Below are positions 22,501 through 30,600 of a stretch of DNA of 64,000 nucleotides, in pieces. The stretch spans positions 2,304,001 to 2,368,000 of the forward strand of contig OZ242320.1 in the NCBI GenBank assembly GCA_965208125.1. The letters are read 5' to 3'. The first letter of the stretch is position 1; each line of letters begins with the position of its first letter. The position numbers and the translations under genes were made by a program. Under the pieces are notes generated by a model. It was given only the letters and a program-made list of their open reading frames with translations, was not told the origin of the DNA and did no database searches. This stretch comes from Candidatus Latescibacterota bacterium (GTDB lineage Bacteria; Latescibacterota; UBA2968).

Positions 22501-23583
22501 GTCCGGATCGCTTACCGTGATCCCGAAGGCCGCGATCGCGTCTCCCTGATAGTACGTCCTGCTCGACGGCGGTGTGAACTCCGGCGGCTGGTTCGACGCC
22601 GACAACACCGTGATCGTGAAGGTCGCTTTCACCGCGGAGTTCACCTGGTCATTTACCTCGATCTCCACCTTGTAGTCCTGTGCCGTTGCACCTGACGCCA
22701 CCGTGCCCGTTACCTGCAGGGATTCCGACTCTTCATCCCACGACCAGGTCAGCCCTGACGGTAGATTCAATATCGTCATGCTCAACGCGTCGTCGTCGGC
22801 ATCGCTTACCGGGATCCCGAACGAGGTGATCGTGTCTCCCTGCTTGTACGTCTTGTTGCCCGGGGCTGTGATCACCGGCGCTGCGTTCAGATTTACCTGC
22901 ACGGAGAATTGGCTCGCCGCGGTGTTGTTATTGCCTCCCGCATCCCTGGTTACTTTGGCCGCCACATCTACTGTCACTGTTCCATTGGCCGACGGCGTGA
23001 TGGTGGCTGTGTAGCTGGCCCCCGAACCGGAGAACGCCGTCACCGACCCGTTGCCGACTGTCACGTCATCCTGCTCGAACGCGCCCCCGTGCACACCCAC
23101 CGCCTCTGAAAACTCGATATCCACGTCGAACGCACCGGTCTGAACGGCCGATGGACCGGTGATGCTGACCGATGGAGGATCCATATCTACTGTCCCCGAA
23201 TACTGGCTCGCTGCCCTGTTGCCATGGCCTGCGCCATTGGTGGCGACGTTCTCGGCGATATCTACTGTCACCGTGCCGCTGGCCGACGGCTGGAGATTGA
23301 CCGAATAGCTACTCCCTGAACCGGAGAACTCCGTCACCGATGCGTTGCTGACCGTCACGTCATCCTGCTCGAACCCGGTCACCGACTCAGAGAAGGTGAT
23401 GGTCACACTAAACGGATGGTTCCCTATCGTGTAGGACGGGCCACTGATGCTGACCGTCGGACCATTGGGATCTGCCTGAACCGAAGTTGGGTGAATTAGC
23501 AAAGCGAGTGCCACAAGGCAGAAAGCTGCGATCGCACCTGATAGTCGGATTTGGCTGTTAAAGAACTTGCTCGGAAAACGCAT
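10585..23583 (-). CDS. Giant (4332 aa) Ig-repeat adhesin with C-terminal autotransporter-like beta-barrel
   Basis: Signal peptide (...VQA-DP); about 30 Big_12-like repeats of about 94 aa (PTV.ITGPT...FDVTITFSE.VTGF...D.AGNGN.AA); 3 putative Ig (He_PIG) domains; Calx-beta-like pair; cadherin-like domains; barrel ending ILQGQIYW. Confidence 0.9.
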   Translation of the reverse strand: MRFPSKFFNSQIRLSGAIAAFCLVALALLIHPTSVQADPNGPTVSISGPSYTIGNHPFSVTITFSESVTGFEQDDVTVSNASVTEFSGSGSSYSVNLQPSASGTVTVDIAENVATNGAGHGNRAASQYSGTVDMDPPSVSITGPSAVQTGAFDVDIEFSEAVGVHGGAFEQDDVTVGNGSVTAFSGSGASYTATITPSANGTVTVDVAAKVTRDAGGNNNTAASQFSVQVNLNAAPVITAPGNKTYKQGDTITSFGIPVSDADDDALSMTILNLPSGLTWSWDEESESLQVTGTVASGATAQDYKVEIEVNDQVNSAVKATFTITVLSASNQPPEFTPPSSRTYYQGDAIAAFGITVSDPDDYDVNITVTMTGLPSGLSYTNGQVQGTVASDATAKDYTVTISVTDRVNTVTKTFTIRVKASNQPPVIKAPENKTYEQGETITAFDITVTDPNEDPVTVTVSGLPSGLSYTNGQVQGTVAANATEKDYTVTIEANEEGTSLESPSTATFTITVTEADLEDPTVTITGPTYTIGKHSFKVTITFSEDVTGFEQSDVTVGNGSVKSFSGSGTSYEVEISPAASGTVTVDVAANVATDASGNGNEAASQFSVTADQDAPTVTITGPTAVQTGAFSVSIEFSEAIDPNVNSFEQSDVTVGNGSVTAFSGSGASYTATITPAATGTVTVDVAENAARDAAGNGNEAASQFSVAADIDAPTVSITGPTDDQEGAFDVTITFSEDVTGFEKEDVTVGNGSVTAFSGSGSSYTATITPTVSRTATVDVAANVAEDAAGNNNTAASQFSVEVYLPRWIRFEGPTTIRKTGDSFQVRAIFSEPPVSGSLYSDRWHLTASTTWYSGQSVVTFTVTPGYTEKRSGSWPYWCRIRLHWSDPREGHPSLVATYQVDVDPDPPRFWSRGVSGPTVPQNGPFNVSLGVTEGNLVGFDAEDITVENGSVTSFKANSDYGDSYTVQITPAASGYVRVKVGAATFKDGTGHDNRASPQFSVLADLDAPTVSIAGPTDTQKEPFDVTITFSEDVTGFEQGDVTVGNGTVTAFSGSDSSYTATITPTATGTVTVDVAANVAEDVATNGNTAASQFSVTADIDAPTVSITGPTDNQDSAFDVTITFSEDVTGFEQSDVTIGNGTVTAFSGSGTSYTATITPAASGIVTVDVPANAATDGVGHNNEAASQFSVQVYLPRSIRFEGPTTVRTTEDPFQVKVIFSEVPEAYSFEPSQKNSTISYTGEGPAFDLTLTPSYRNDERKGSWPYECVLRATWFGVKNGPATLRGDYRVWVDADPPRFWYSSGITGPTAPQTGPFDVRLAATEGNLVGFDAEDITVTNGTVTSFEADTDYGWNYTVQITPTASGNVTVQVGAATFKDEAGHDNRASRTFTVLADLDAPTVSITGPTDTQKEPFDVTITFSEDVTGFEQSDVTVGNGSITAFSGSNATYTATITPAATGTVTVDVPENVATDVVEKGNEAASQFSVNADLDAPTVTITGPTDDQNSVFDVTITFSESVTGFEQSDVTVGNGSVTAFSGSEDSYTATITPAANGTVTVDVPANVANDAADNGNSAASQFAVTADFDAPTVSITGPTDPQNSAFDVTITFSESVTGFEQSDITVGNGFVTAFSGSEDSYTATITPAATGTVTVDVSADVANDVAGNSNSAASQFAVNADLDAPTVSITGPTDPQNSTFDVTITFSEDVTGFEQNDIAVGKGSITAFSGSDATYTATITPEGSGTVTVDVPADIATDAAGNSNSAASQFAVKLKSTRTLDVDKPTVSITGPTDPQNSTFDVTITFSEDVTGFEQSEVTVGNGFVTAFSGTEATYTATIAPAASGTVTVDVPENAAKDVGNNGNEAASQFSVTADLDAPLVSITGPTDTQNSAFDITITFTEAVTGFEQSDVTVGNGAVTAFSGSEDSYTATITPAGNGTVTVNVPANVATDAAGNGNGAAFSQFTASITSPSPDVDKPTVSITGPTDDQNSAFDVTITFSEAVTGFEQNDITVGNGTATAFSGSEDSYTATITPTASGTVTVDVPADVATNGNTAASQFSVQADLERPTVTITGPTDTQKGPFDLTITFSESVTGFEQNDITVGNGAVTAFSGTEATYTVSITPAANGTVTVDVPENVATDGAGNGNTAAASQFSVEANLIRPTVTITGPTDDQNSAFDITITFSESVTGFEQSEVTVGNGTVTAFSGAGATYTATIAPVASGTVTVDVPADVATDSAGNGNSAASQFSVTADLDAPTVTITGPTDDQNSAFDVTITFSESVTGFEQSEVTVGNGAVTAFSGSEDSYTVTITPAASGTVTVDIAENVATDGAGNGNTAAASQFSVEANLTRPTVVITGPTDAQNSAFDVTITFSESVTGFEQSEVTVGNGAVTAFSGSEASYTVTITPAANGTVTVDVPANVANDAAGNGNEAASQFAVTADLDAPTVTITGPTDPQNSAFDITITFSESVTGFEQSEVTVGNGTATAFSGSGASYTVTITPAANGTVTVDVPANVANDAAGNGNSAAASQFAVTADLERPTVTITGPTDDQNSAFDITITFSAPVTGFEQGDITVGNGAVTAFSGTQAAYTVTITPAANGTVTVDVAANVAEDAATNGNTAASQFSVTADLERPTVTITGPTDDQNSTFDVTITFSESVTGFEQSDITVGNGTATAFSGSGATYTATITPTASGTITVDVAANVAEDAATNSNTAAGQFSVTADLERPTVTITGPTDDQNSTFDVTITFSEAVTGFEQSDITVGNSSVTAFSGSGATYTATITPTASGTITVDVAADVATDSAGNGNTAAASQFSVKANLTRPTVVITGPTDTQNSAFDVTITFSESVTGFEQSDVTIGNGSITAFSGSGSSYTATITPAASGTVTVDVSADVATDSAGNGNTAASQFSVTTDIDAPTVSITGPTDPQNSAFDITITFSESVTGFEQGDITVGNGSITAFSGSGASYTATIEPADNGTVTIDVPADVATDSAGNGNTAAAGQVSVEANLTPPTVTITGPTDTQNGPFDITITFSEDVTEFGQDDITVGNGTVTTFSGSGNTYTATITPAATGTVTIDIAENIATDSAGNGNTAAAGQVSVEANLTRPTVTITGPMDAQNSAFDITITFSESVTGFEQGDITVGNGTVTTFSGSGNTYTATITPAATGTVTVDVAADVATDSAGNGNSAASQFSVTADMDAPTISITGPTDAQNSAFDITITFSESVTGFEQGDITVGNGTVTAFSGSGTTYTATITPTATGTVTVDVAADVATDSAGNGNSAATSQVSVTADFNAPTVTITRPTDVQKDPFDITITFSEDVTGFGQDDITVGNGTVTAFSGSGTTYTVTITPTATGTVTVNIDENIATDGAGNGNNAAEEQVSVEANLTPPSVTITGPTGASGLTAGELGLTTTETGGTATFTVVLNIWPTAAVNLSISSSDITEGTVAPQSLTFTATNWNIPQTVTITGVDDNIDDGDQDYKIVLAATSDQPDYNGINLPEVLVTNRDDDVAGITVTPILGLIVNQSGIVSLTKTTATAISPDSRLATTERGHVASFKVVLDSQPTEPVNLSISSSDITEGIGTPQSLTFMPNTESWNTPQVITVAGLPDDLNDGDQPYTVTISPVASADLKYKNIDPKEILLTNLDDITLTTTNLDDITLTDLTLSKGTLTPTFASETTTYEAMIGNAVESLTVTPTASDTAATIVVNGTPIKSGTPSQPIALAIGANTIEVILASAIYTLTVTRQENGAPAAPLLENQTATVGTAFQYAFPEVNDPDPSQTVTYTAALEGGAPLPTWLRFDAANRAFSGTPARNDVGVHSIAVTATDNGIPSMSASMTFTLSVVVPDLNPHVLTLALGTFGRTVASNAVNAIEDRFTTPRLEASYATLGGQPLTLRADHGVIGLLQSLARSMGLNINLPLGQFGAASRMHNPFDYKPIQFHSRSARDILSQSRFGLRMGQENAEKISPWSLWGHGSTSGFSSRTEDNLALDGRVFSGYLGIDYRFNPLTLGLALSHSTGEIDYTGSDAGVMDLNLLSVIPYMHYSAGTGLDIWGLGGTGRGNVQITDQYSEAQTDIAMIMAAVGMRNALAKAGGIDLSLKSDAFVVSINSDERENLPVAQADVQRVRFALQGESNHQSETSSLTPRLELGGRWDGGKAETGIGAEIGGGLGYVHTPSGWGIEARGHYLIAHQQADFKDWSARISLRFDPGIRDRGLRLAISPVWGNPVSRTNALWDPTHLLDTAHSSQRPVGDVRPQQFDIEIGYDLPTHGKNGVLASYGGLRTSGASTMHYRLGSRLELDRTVHLNIEAEHRKQAVGPSDSRIILQGQIYW
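12605..12661. repeat. 30-bp-period tandem duplication inside adhesin (TNLDDITLT x2)
   Basis: GTCAGGGTTATGTCGTCGAGGTTGGTC at 12605 and 12635. Confidence 0.9.
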
Positions 23584-23631
23584 TTGTTGATTCCTTTCAC
23601 AAAGGTTTGTAGTTGTTTGCGCTTATCCTTG

Positions 23632-23647
23632 TGCAAAAACCGTGCCA
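23632..23647 (-). promoter_or_regulatory. sigma54 (-24/-12) promoter of the adhesin gene
   Basis: Minus strand TGGCACGGTTTTTGCA matches TGGCAC-N5-TTGCW, about 50 bp upstream of the ATG. Confidence 0.9.
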
Positions 23648-23677
23648 GTGTTCTCAGAAATTTCTTAACCCATTCCG

Positions 23678-23690
23678 ATACAATTACTTA
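23678..23690. promoter_or_regulatory. IHF-like site between sigma54 promoter and enhancer (second candidate at 23790-23802)
   Basis: ATACAATTACTTA and TTTCAAGGGGTTA resemble WATCAANNNNTTR; the first has a positional equivalent at 31397. Confidence 0.5.
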
Positions 23691-23823
23691 GAGGCACATG
23701 TCCCCAATAGCTAAATCGTCTGCAAATTCGGCAAAATGCAATGGTCGCATGTCGATCTGAGGCCGATTAGAGGAGTCTATATTGTTTTATTTCAAGGGGT
23801 TATGTTGCGATAGGAGGGTGCGA

Positions 23824-23857
23824 GTCGCATTTTGCAATACGAGTCGCATTTTGTAGC
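23824..23857. promoter_or_regulatory. Tandem enhancer (UAS) boxes for a sigma54 activator
   Basis: GTCGCATTTTGCAAT and GTCGCATTTTGTAGC, 19-bp period; same motif and period at 31560-31593. Confidence 0.75.
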
Positions 23858-23907
23858 GATGTGTAGGAAGTGTGATCCGTAGATGACGCAGATGAACACA
23901 GATAATT

Positions 23908-23968
23908 GTAGGGGCGACCCTTGTGGTCGCCCGTCTTGAACAAGGGCGACCACAAGGGTCGCCCCTAC
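23908..23968. repeat. Inverted GTAG REP doublet
   Basis: GTAGGGGCGACCCTTGTGGTCGCCC and its exact reverse complement. Confidence 0.9.
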
Positions 23969-25869
23969 TTCAAATTCAGGTCGTATCTCTTCAATTTCCG
24001 GTACAGGGTCGCTCTGTTGATTCCCAGGGCTTGAGCTGCTCTGGTAACGTTGTGATCTGAGGCTTCAAGCGCGTGGGTTATGGCCTCATGCTCGACTTTC
24101 TCAAGGGGCAGGATCGCTGTTGGCTGGTCGCTTTGCGCCGATAGGAGCGGCGATAATTCGGACGGGAAGTTGCTGGCTTGTAACACTTCGGTCGTCTCCA
24201 GCAGAACGGCCCGCTCAATGGCGTTTTCAAGTTCTCGTACGTTGCCAGGCCAATCGTACTGGAGCAGTACGCGCAGTGCCGCGTTGGAAAGGCCGCTGAT
24301 GGATTTGTCCATGCGTGTGGCGCACTTTCCGATAAAATGGTTGGCCAACAGGGGAATATCTTCTCGGCGTTCTCTCAGGGGCGGGATTGAGATGGGGAAA
24401 GCCGATAGGCGATAGAACAGGTCTTCGCGGAAGGTTCCCGCCTGTATCGCATTCTCCAGGTTCTGGTTGGTTGCCGCAATTATCCGCACGTTTACCGGGA
24501 GCGTAGCCGATCCACCGATCCGCGATATTTTGCGTTCTTGCAGCACGCGCAATAGCTTGGCTTGCAGAACAGGTTGCATATCGCCGATTTCGTCGAGAAA
24601 AATTGTTCCGCCCTCGGCGCGCTCAAAAGCTCCGATTCTCTGATCCGTCGCTCCGGTGAAAGCCCCCTTTTCGTGGCCGAACAACTCGCTTTCAATCAGT
24701 GGTTCGGGAAGGGCGGCGCAATTGATAGCCACAAATGGCTCCTTCTTACGCGGACTATTGAAGTGGAAGAGTCTGGCGACCAGTTCCTTACCGGTTCCGC
24801 TTTCGCCGCGAATGAGTACCGTAATATCGCTTTCGGTTGCCTGCTTGATCAGCGCGTACATCTGCTGCATTTTGGGGCTGTCGCCCACGATGCCGTCGAA
24901 CGAATAGGTCGTTTCCAACTCGGAGCGCAGGCGCAGCACTTCGGTTTTCATTTGCTCGACTTCGATTTCTCTGGACACGTCTCGATACACCATCAGGCGA
25001 CCGATAACGGTTTCACAATCATCGCGCACCGGGGCGGTGGATTGGTAGAATAGCCGTTGCTTTGGCAACTGACCCGCACGGGTTTCTTTTTTCGCGTTGT
25101 CTTCAAGGAGGAACTTGCCCTCCAGTTCCGGCAGACCGGGTTCTTGAAACCGCTCTTTGAATCGCGTCATGAGCGCGTCCGGCGAAATTTTCTTGAGTTC
25201 GTTTTCCTTCAGATTGAACAATTTTTCGTAGCCTTGATTCGCAAATACCAGATGCCCGGTGGCATTGTACATGGCCATGGCGTCTCCTGTGGCATTTAGC
25301 ACGGCTTCCAGTCTTTGATGACTAACAGCGAGTTGCTGCTGTTTCTCGGCCAATGCCTGTTCGACGTTCCACTTGCCGACGAGGGAAAGCGCGATCTGCT
25401 GAATCTCCTCGTGTGCAAAAGGCTTTCTGATATAGAGGACTTTGTGCAGCAATTCCATTTCGTGGATGATCTCAGACAGAGGCTTGTCCGTGTACGCGGT
25501 CATGATGACGATCTCGATGTCGCGATCTATTTTTCTGATTCGACGGATCGTTTCAATACCATCGATACCCGGAGGCATTCTGATGTCGATATACGCAATG
25601 GCAAGGGGATGGTTCGATTCCTTTGCCTTATGTACGATTTCGCAGGCTTCCTCTCCGCTCGTTGCGTGCAAAAGTTCAAACTCTGGCAAAAAGGGCTTGT
25701 CTTTTTCGCGGATGAAGGCGGTCGCCAAATCATCTGTTGATCGCGCCAATAGGTTGGGCTTCAACATTTCTTCAAAGTCGTTGTGGATATCTTCCTGATC
25801 ATCAACGACCAGAACGCGATTGTTGTCATAATTATTGAGTTTCATAAGCGGTCCTTTCGTCTGTGTCAT
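23965..25869 (-). CDS. sigma54-dependent enhancer-binding response regulator (REC-PAS-AAA+-Fis HTH)
   Basis: VLVVDD/IDIRMPP/RKPF receiver, [45 protein letters not shown]; start may be the second Met. Confidence 0.95.
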   Translation of the reverse strand: MTQTKGPLMKLNNYDNNRVLVVDDQEDIHNDFEEMLKPNLLARSTDDLATAFIREKDKPFLPEFELLHATSGEEACEIVHKAKESNHPLAIAYIDIRMPPGIDGIETIRRIRKIDRDIEIVIMTAYTDKPLSEIIHEMELLHKVLYIRKPFAHEEIQQIALSLVGKWNVEQALAEKQQQLAVSHQRLEAVLNATGDAMAMYNATGHLVFANQGYEKLFNLKENELKKISPDALMTRFKERFQEPGLPELEGKFLLEDNAKKETRAGQLPKQRLFYQSTAPVRDDCETVIGRLMVYRDVSREIEVEQMKTEVLRLRSELETTYSFDGIVGDSPKMQQMYALIKQATESDITVLIRGESGTGKELVARLFHFNSPRKKEPFVAINCAALPEPLIESELFGHEKGAFTGATDQRIGAFERAEGGTIFLDEIGDMQPVLQAKLLRVLQERKISRIGGSATLPVNVRIIAATNQNLENAIQAGTFREDLFYRLSAFPISIPPLRERREDIPLLANHFIGKCATRMDKSISGLSNAALRVLLQYDWPGNVRELENAIERAVLLETTEVLQASNFPSELSPLLSAQSDQPTAILPLEKVEHEAITHALEASDHNVTRAAQALGINRATLYRKLKRYDLNLK

Positions 25870-25903
25870 GTCGAGAGCAGCGATCGCTTACTCTGGTTGT
25901 AGT

Positions 25904-27610
25904 TCAAATGTTCTGGGGCGTAATGGAGGAAAGCCGCAGCAGAATGCGCAGGGTTGTACCTTTGCCGATGCCGTCGCTCAAGGCGTGAATCTGTCCACCC
26001 GATCCAATGACAAAATTGGCGGCTGAATGGAGACCGAGGCCACTCCCCGATTCTTTTGTGGTATAACCTGCGGAAAAGATCTTCTTGAAATTTTCCCGTT
26101 CAATGCCGATGCCGTTATCACGCACATCGAGGTAGAAAAAATTCCCCTCAACGTAGGCTCGGATCTGAATGCGAGGCGTTTCCTCTATTCCGCCCGATGC
26201 TGCAAGGTCGTCAATGGCTTCAATAGAATTTTTAATCAGATTGACCATCATCTGATAAAATTGGCTCTCCTGAATCCGAATCTCTTGTGGTGCGTTTTCG
26301 CAGTCAATCACTGTCTCGATCTCTCTTTTGTCGAGCAGCTCTTGCAAGACCTTGGTGGCAGACGAGACAGCATCCTTCAAGTGGATGTTTTTTTGATCTA
26401 TACTCGGACTGCCGAATACTTTTTGGGTGCGGACAATATCAGCGATGTGATCCGCCCGGTCTTTCACGCGGGCAACCGTCTTTACCAATCTTTCATTTAG
26501 CCCGGTAAAGTCTTCGGCGAGGGCGATAATAAAAGGTATCACTTTTTGGCCTTGCGGGTCGTCGCGGATGTAATCAGCCCAATTATCTCGATGCGCTTTT
26601 ATGGCATCGGCAAGGGCGCAAAGGCGGTGTAAGAACGGATCGTTGATCAGATTCTGGTGAACGGTCTCAATGCCCACTGTTACGCTGTTGATGGCATTGC
26701 CGATGTTGTGGAGAATGGTATCGACGATCTCCAATCGCCCTTGTGCAAATGCCTGCGCCAACGCTTCATCGGCGTTCATTTGCTCGGTGACATCGCGGAA
26801 AGTGATTACGCCGCCTCTGATTTCACCTATCTCGTTGAGGAGTGGTCGCCCACTCACCCGGATATAGACGCCATCTGGTCGCTGGGGATTGCGTATGAAT
26901 ATGTCCTCATCTTCTGTTACTTCACCCTGGTATATGGCGCGCAGGAGCGGCAGATCCTCTGTTTTAATGGGCGTTTTCCGATCGAGATAAAAAGAGCCGT
27001 ATTTTTCACTCCACTGATCTTGTGGTGTGTCGGTCTCGCCCAGGCCGACAATTTTTTCAGCCCCGGGATTTACATATAGAAACTCTCCCGCTTCATTGGA
27101 CACGACTATGCCCTCACTGATGCTGTTAAAAGTGGTCTCTAACAGTTCGTTCTGATTTCGCAGTTCTTCCAGCGTTTGTCTCAACCTGACTTCTGTAGTT
27201 TTGTACTCGGTTTCTCTGTGCTTCTTTTCCCGCTCGTGCATGGAAAGTGCGGTCTGGATGTTCAGATGAAGTTGTCGTTCTTCATAGGGTTTTAGCACAT
27301 AGCCAAATGGCCGGGTCGTCTGTGCCCGTTGCAACAGGTCTTCTTCTACCTCATCCATCAGATAGATCACGGGCATGCGACTGCCAATTTGTTCGGCTAC
27401 GTCAATGCCCGTGATCTCGCCTTTGAGTTCGAGGTCAATCAGGGCCAGGTCGGGACGCATGGTAGCGGCTTTTTCAATGGCTTGTTGCCCGGATGAGAGG
27501 GTGGCGCACACGGTATAGCCCAGGTTTTTCAGGCGTTCTTCGAGGTGGGTGGCAGCAGAATGATCGCTTTGCACAATCAGGATCTTTAAAGGAGATTGCT
27601 GTTCTGTCAT
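25904..27610 (-). CDS. Hybrid histidine kinase (REC-PAS-HisKA-HATPase)
   Basis: N-terminal REC, one PAS, ILHNIGNAINS H-box, NLIKNS, DNGIGI, GSGLGL. Confidence 0.92.
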   Translation of the reverse strand: MTEQQSPLKILIVQSDHSAATHLEERLKNLGYTVCATLSSGQQAIEKAATMRPDLALIDLELKGEITGIDVAEQIGSRMPVIYLMDEVEEDLLQRAQTTRPFGYVLKPYEERQLHLNIQTALSMHEREKKHRETEYKTTEVRLRQTLEELRNQNELLETTFNSISEGIVVSNEAGEFLYVNPGAEKIVGLGETDTPQDQWSEKYGSFYLDRKTPIKTEDLPLLRAIYQGEVTEDEDIFIRNPQRPDGVYIRVSGRPLLNEIGEIRGGVITFRDVTEQMNADEALAQAFAQGRLEIVDTILHNIGNAINSVTVGIETVHQNLINDPFLHRLCALADAIKAHRDNWADYIRDDPQGQKVIPFIIALAEDFTGLNERLVKTVARVKDRADHIADIVRTQKVFGSPSIDQKNIHLKDAVSSATKVLQELLDKREIETVIDCENAPQEIRIQESQFYQMMVNLIKNSIEAIDDLAASGGIEETPRIQIRAYVEGNFFYLDVRDNGIGIERENFKKIFSAGYTTKESGSGLGLHSAANFVIGSGGQIHALSDGIGKGTTLRILLRLSSITPQNI

Positions 27611-30600
27611 CGCGTTTCATCCTTTTCGCTGATATTATTGGAATCGAAGGAGCGGTCATCCGTACTATTGCGGATTTTGTTACGTGGGATATGGAAGGGA
27701 TAGTTCAGTTTGACCCGAAGGAGTGTCCCCTTGCCAATGCCGTCGCTCAATGCGCGAATCTGTCCGCCAGAACTAAGGACAAAATTGGCTACCGAGTAGA
27801 GACCGAGGCCACTCCCCGATTCTTTTGTGGTATAACCAGAGGCAAATATCCGCCTGATATACTCTTCGCCAAGGTCGATGCCGATGCCGTTATCTTCTAC
27901 TTCGATGGTGAGATCATTCCCCCTGACATAGGTGCGGATATGAATGCGAGGCGGTGCATTGAGACCGCCTGCTGCTGCGAGATCATCGATGGCTTCTATC
28001 GAATTTTTGATCAGGTTGATCATCATCTGATGAAATTTGCTCTCTTGAATCCGAATTTCTTGTGGCGCGGTGTCTTCGCAGTCAATAACTGTCTCGATCC
28101 CTCTTTTATTGAGCGACTCTTGCAAGACCTTGATAGCCATCGCGAACGCGTGCCGAAGGTCGATGTCTTTCAGGTTCATATTGGGTCCGTCTAATGTCTC
28201 CTGGGTGCGGATAATATCGGCGATGTGATCCGCCCGGTCTTTAACGCGATCAACCGTTTTGGTCAGTGCGACATCCTGCCGGCTAAAGTCTTCGGCGAGT
28301 GCGATAACAAACGGCAACACCTGTTGGCCTTGCGGGTCATTTTGGATGTAGTTGTCCCAATCGTCTCTGTGTGCTTTTATCGCCTCGGCAAGGGCGCAGA
28401 GGCGGTGTATGAGTGGGTTTTCCACTAAATGCTGGTGAACGGTCTCAATGCCCACTGTTACGCTGTTGATGGCATTGCCAATGTTGTGGAGGATGGTATC
28501 GAGGATCTCCAGGCGGCCCTGTGCGAATGCCTGCGCCAATGCTTCTTCGTTGACCCACTGTTCGGTGATATCGCGGAAAGTAATTACAGCCCCTCTAACT
28601 ATGTCGTCCTCGTTGTAGAGCGGTCGTCCGTTTACGCGGATATGAACGCCATCCGACTTTTTTTTATTGCGGATGAATATATCCTCATCGTCAATGGACT
28701 CTTTGCGGAACAGGATGCGGAGGAGCGGCTGTTTTCTGAGGTTCATGAGCGTTTTTTGATCGGGATAAAAAATGCCGTGTGTTCTCGGCAATTCAGATAG
28801 CGGTAGAGTTACCCTTTTTATGCCGGTAATTTGTGTGAAACTGGGATTGATGTACAGGGAGCGTTTGGGTAGATCGGCAATGATGATTCCATCGCTGATA
28901 TTATCAAAAGCGGTCTCCATCAGTTCGTTCTGGTTTCGCAATTCACGCGCTGTTTGTTCCAACTCCATCTCTGTTATTTTGCGCTCGGTAATGTCGTGAA
29001 AGACGACCACGCCTCCTCCGTGCTCATCTATATCTTTTTCCAGGGGGCGACCACTGACGCTGATATAAACCCCGTCGGGCTTTTTCTCATTGCGTATAAA
29101 TAACTCCATATCGTCCGTGTTGTGACCTTGTATGGCGCGCACTAGAGGAATCTGGTCGGTTGGTAAGTGCGTTTTCTGGTCGGGTAAAAAGATGCCATAT
29201 TGGTCCGTCCACTGTTCTGGAGGTGTCTCCAGCATACCGATACCCACAATTTGTTCGGCACTCGGATTAAAAATGGTGAATTGCCCCTCTGCATCGGCCA
29301 CGATCACACCGTCGCTGATACTGTTAAAAACGGTTTCCAAAAGTTGGGCCTGACGTTGCTGCTCGCGGTTGGCTTGTTCCAATTTGGCGTCTACCTCTTT
29401 TTTCTGCGTGAGGTCGCGAACAACGACCAATCCGGCTATGATCGTACTTTCGTCATTGCTGAATATGGGGCGGCCACGGGCCGAAATGTACGTCCCTTCC
29501 GGATTTTTTTGATTGCGTACAAACATTTCCATTTCATCTGTTTCCTCGCCATAGAACGCGCGTGTGAGGGGAAGTTGCTCAACGGGGATGGGCGTTTTTA
29601 TATCGGGGTAGTAAACACCAAAAGTTTTAGACCATTCACTCATGTCTGGATTGATGGACCACGAACCGAAAATTCTTTCCACAGTTCTATTGGCGAATAA
29701 TATTTGGCCTATTGGATTGGCGACGATGATGCCGTCATTCATATTGTCACAGATGGCTTCCAGGAACTGGATTTGTTCGCGCAATTCCTCAATGATTTGT
29801 TTCTGTTTCTCTGCTGTCTCTTTGTTCCCGTTGTTGTCAGCGTCAGAGACGGATTCGATGAATGGGACATGATCGTGTGGTTCGCCATCGATTTGTGCCA
29901 ATCTATTTTTCATCTTTTCGTGTTCGGTGAAGTCGCGCAGAATGGTCAGGCCGGCTTTGACCATCGTGCCGTCACTGCTCGGCACGGGTATCCCGCGGAT
30001 GCGGACGTAATTCCCATCCGCATTTTGCTCATTGCGAACAAATAACGTCATTTCTTCTGTTTTCTCACCCTTTACAGCACGCACGAGCGGAAGGTAATCG
30101 GTTGGCACATGCGTTTTTCCATCGGCATAAAAAATGCCATACGTTTCAGACACTTCATTGATGGGTATATGCTGGACCTCTGCATCCATTTCTGTACCCA
30201 AAATTCGTCTCGCACTTTTATTCAAGAACAATGTGCGATTTGTTGCATCGGAGAGGACGACGCCGTTATTTATATTTTCCAGGACAGTTTCCATGAGCTG
30301 GGTCTGATCGCGCAATTCGCTGACTGCCTGTTCCAATTTGGCGTCTGTCTCTTTGTTTTTGCTGATGTCGCGGAAAACGATCACTCCGCCTTTCACCCCG
30401 CTGTTATCGGGTGGTAAAGGTCTGCCGCTGACGTTGATATAAGCACCTTCTGGCAAGTTCGGGTTGCATACAAATATCTCGACGTCGTCTGAGGATTCAC
30501 CGTGGATGGCACGTGTGAGTGGGAGATCAGCACTGGGAAACAACGTGACGCGATCTGGAAAAAAGAGGCCGTATTCTTCAGACCGGCGATTCAGGTCTGT

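Noticed and set aside
13400-23460. Regular repeats resembling a CRISPR or DGR array
   Set aside because: In-frame coding repeats of about 280 bp; no spacers, cas genes, reverse transcriptase or adenine-specific TR/VR pair
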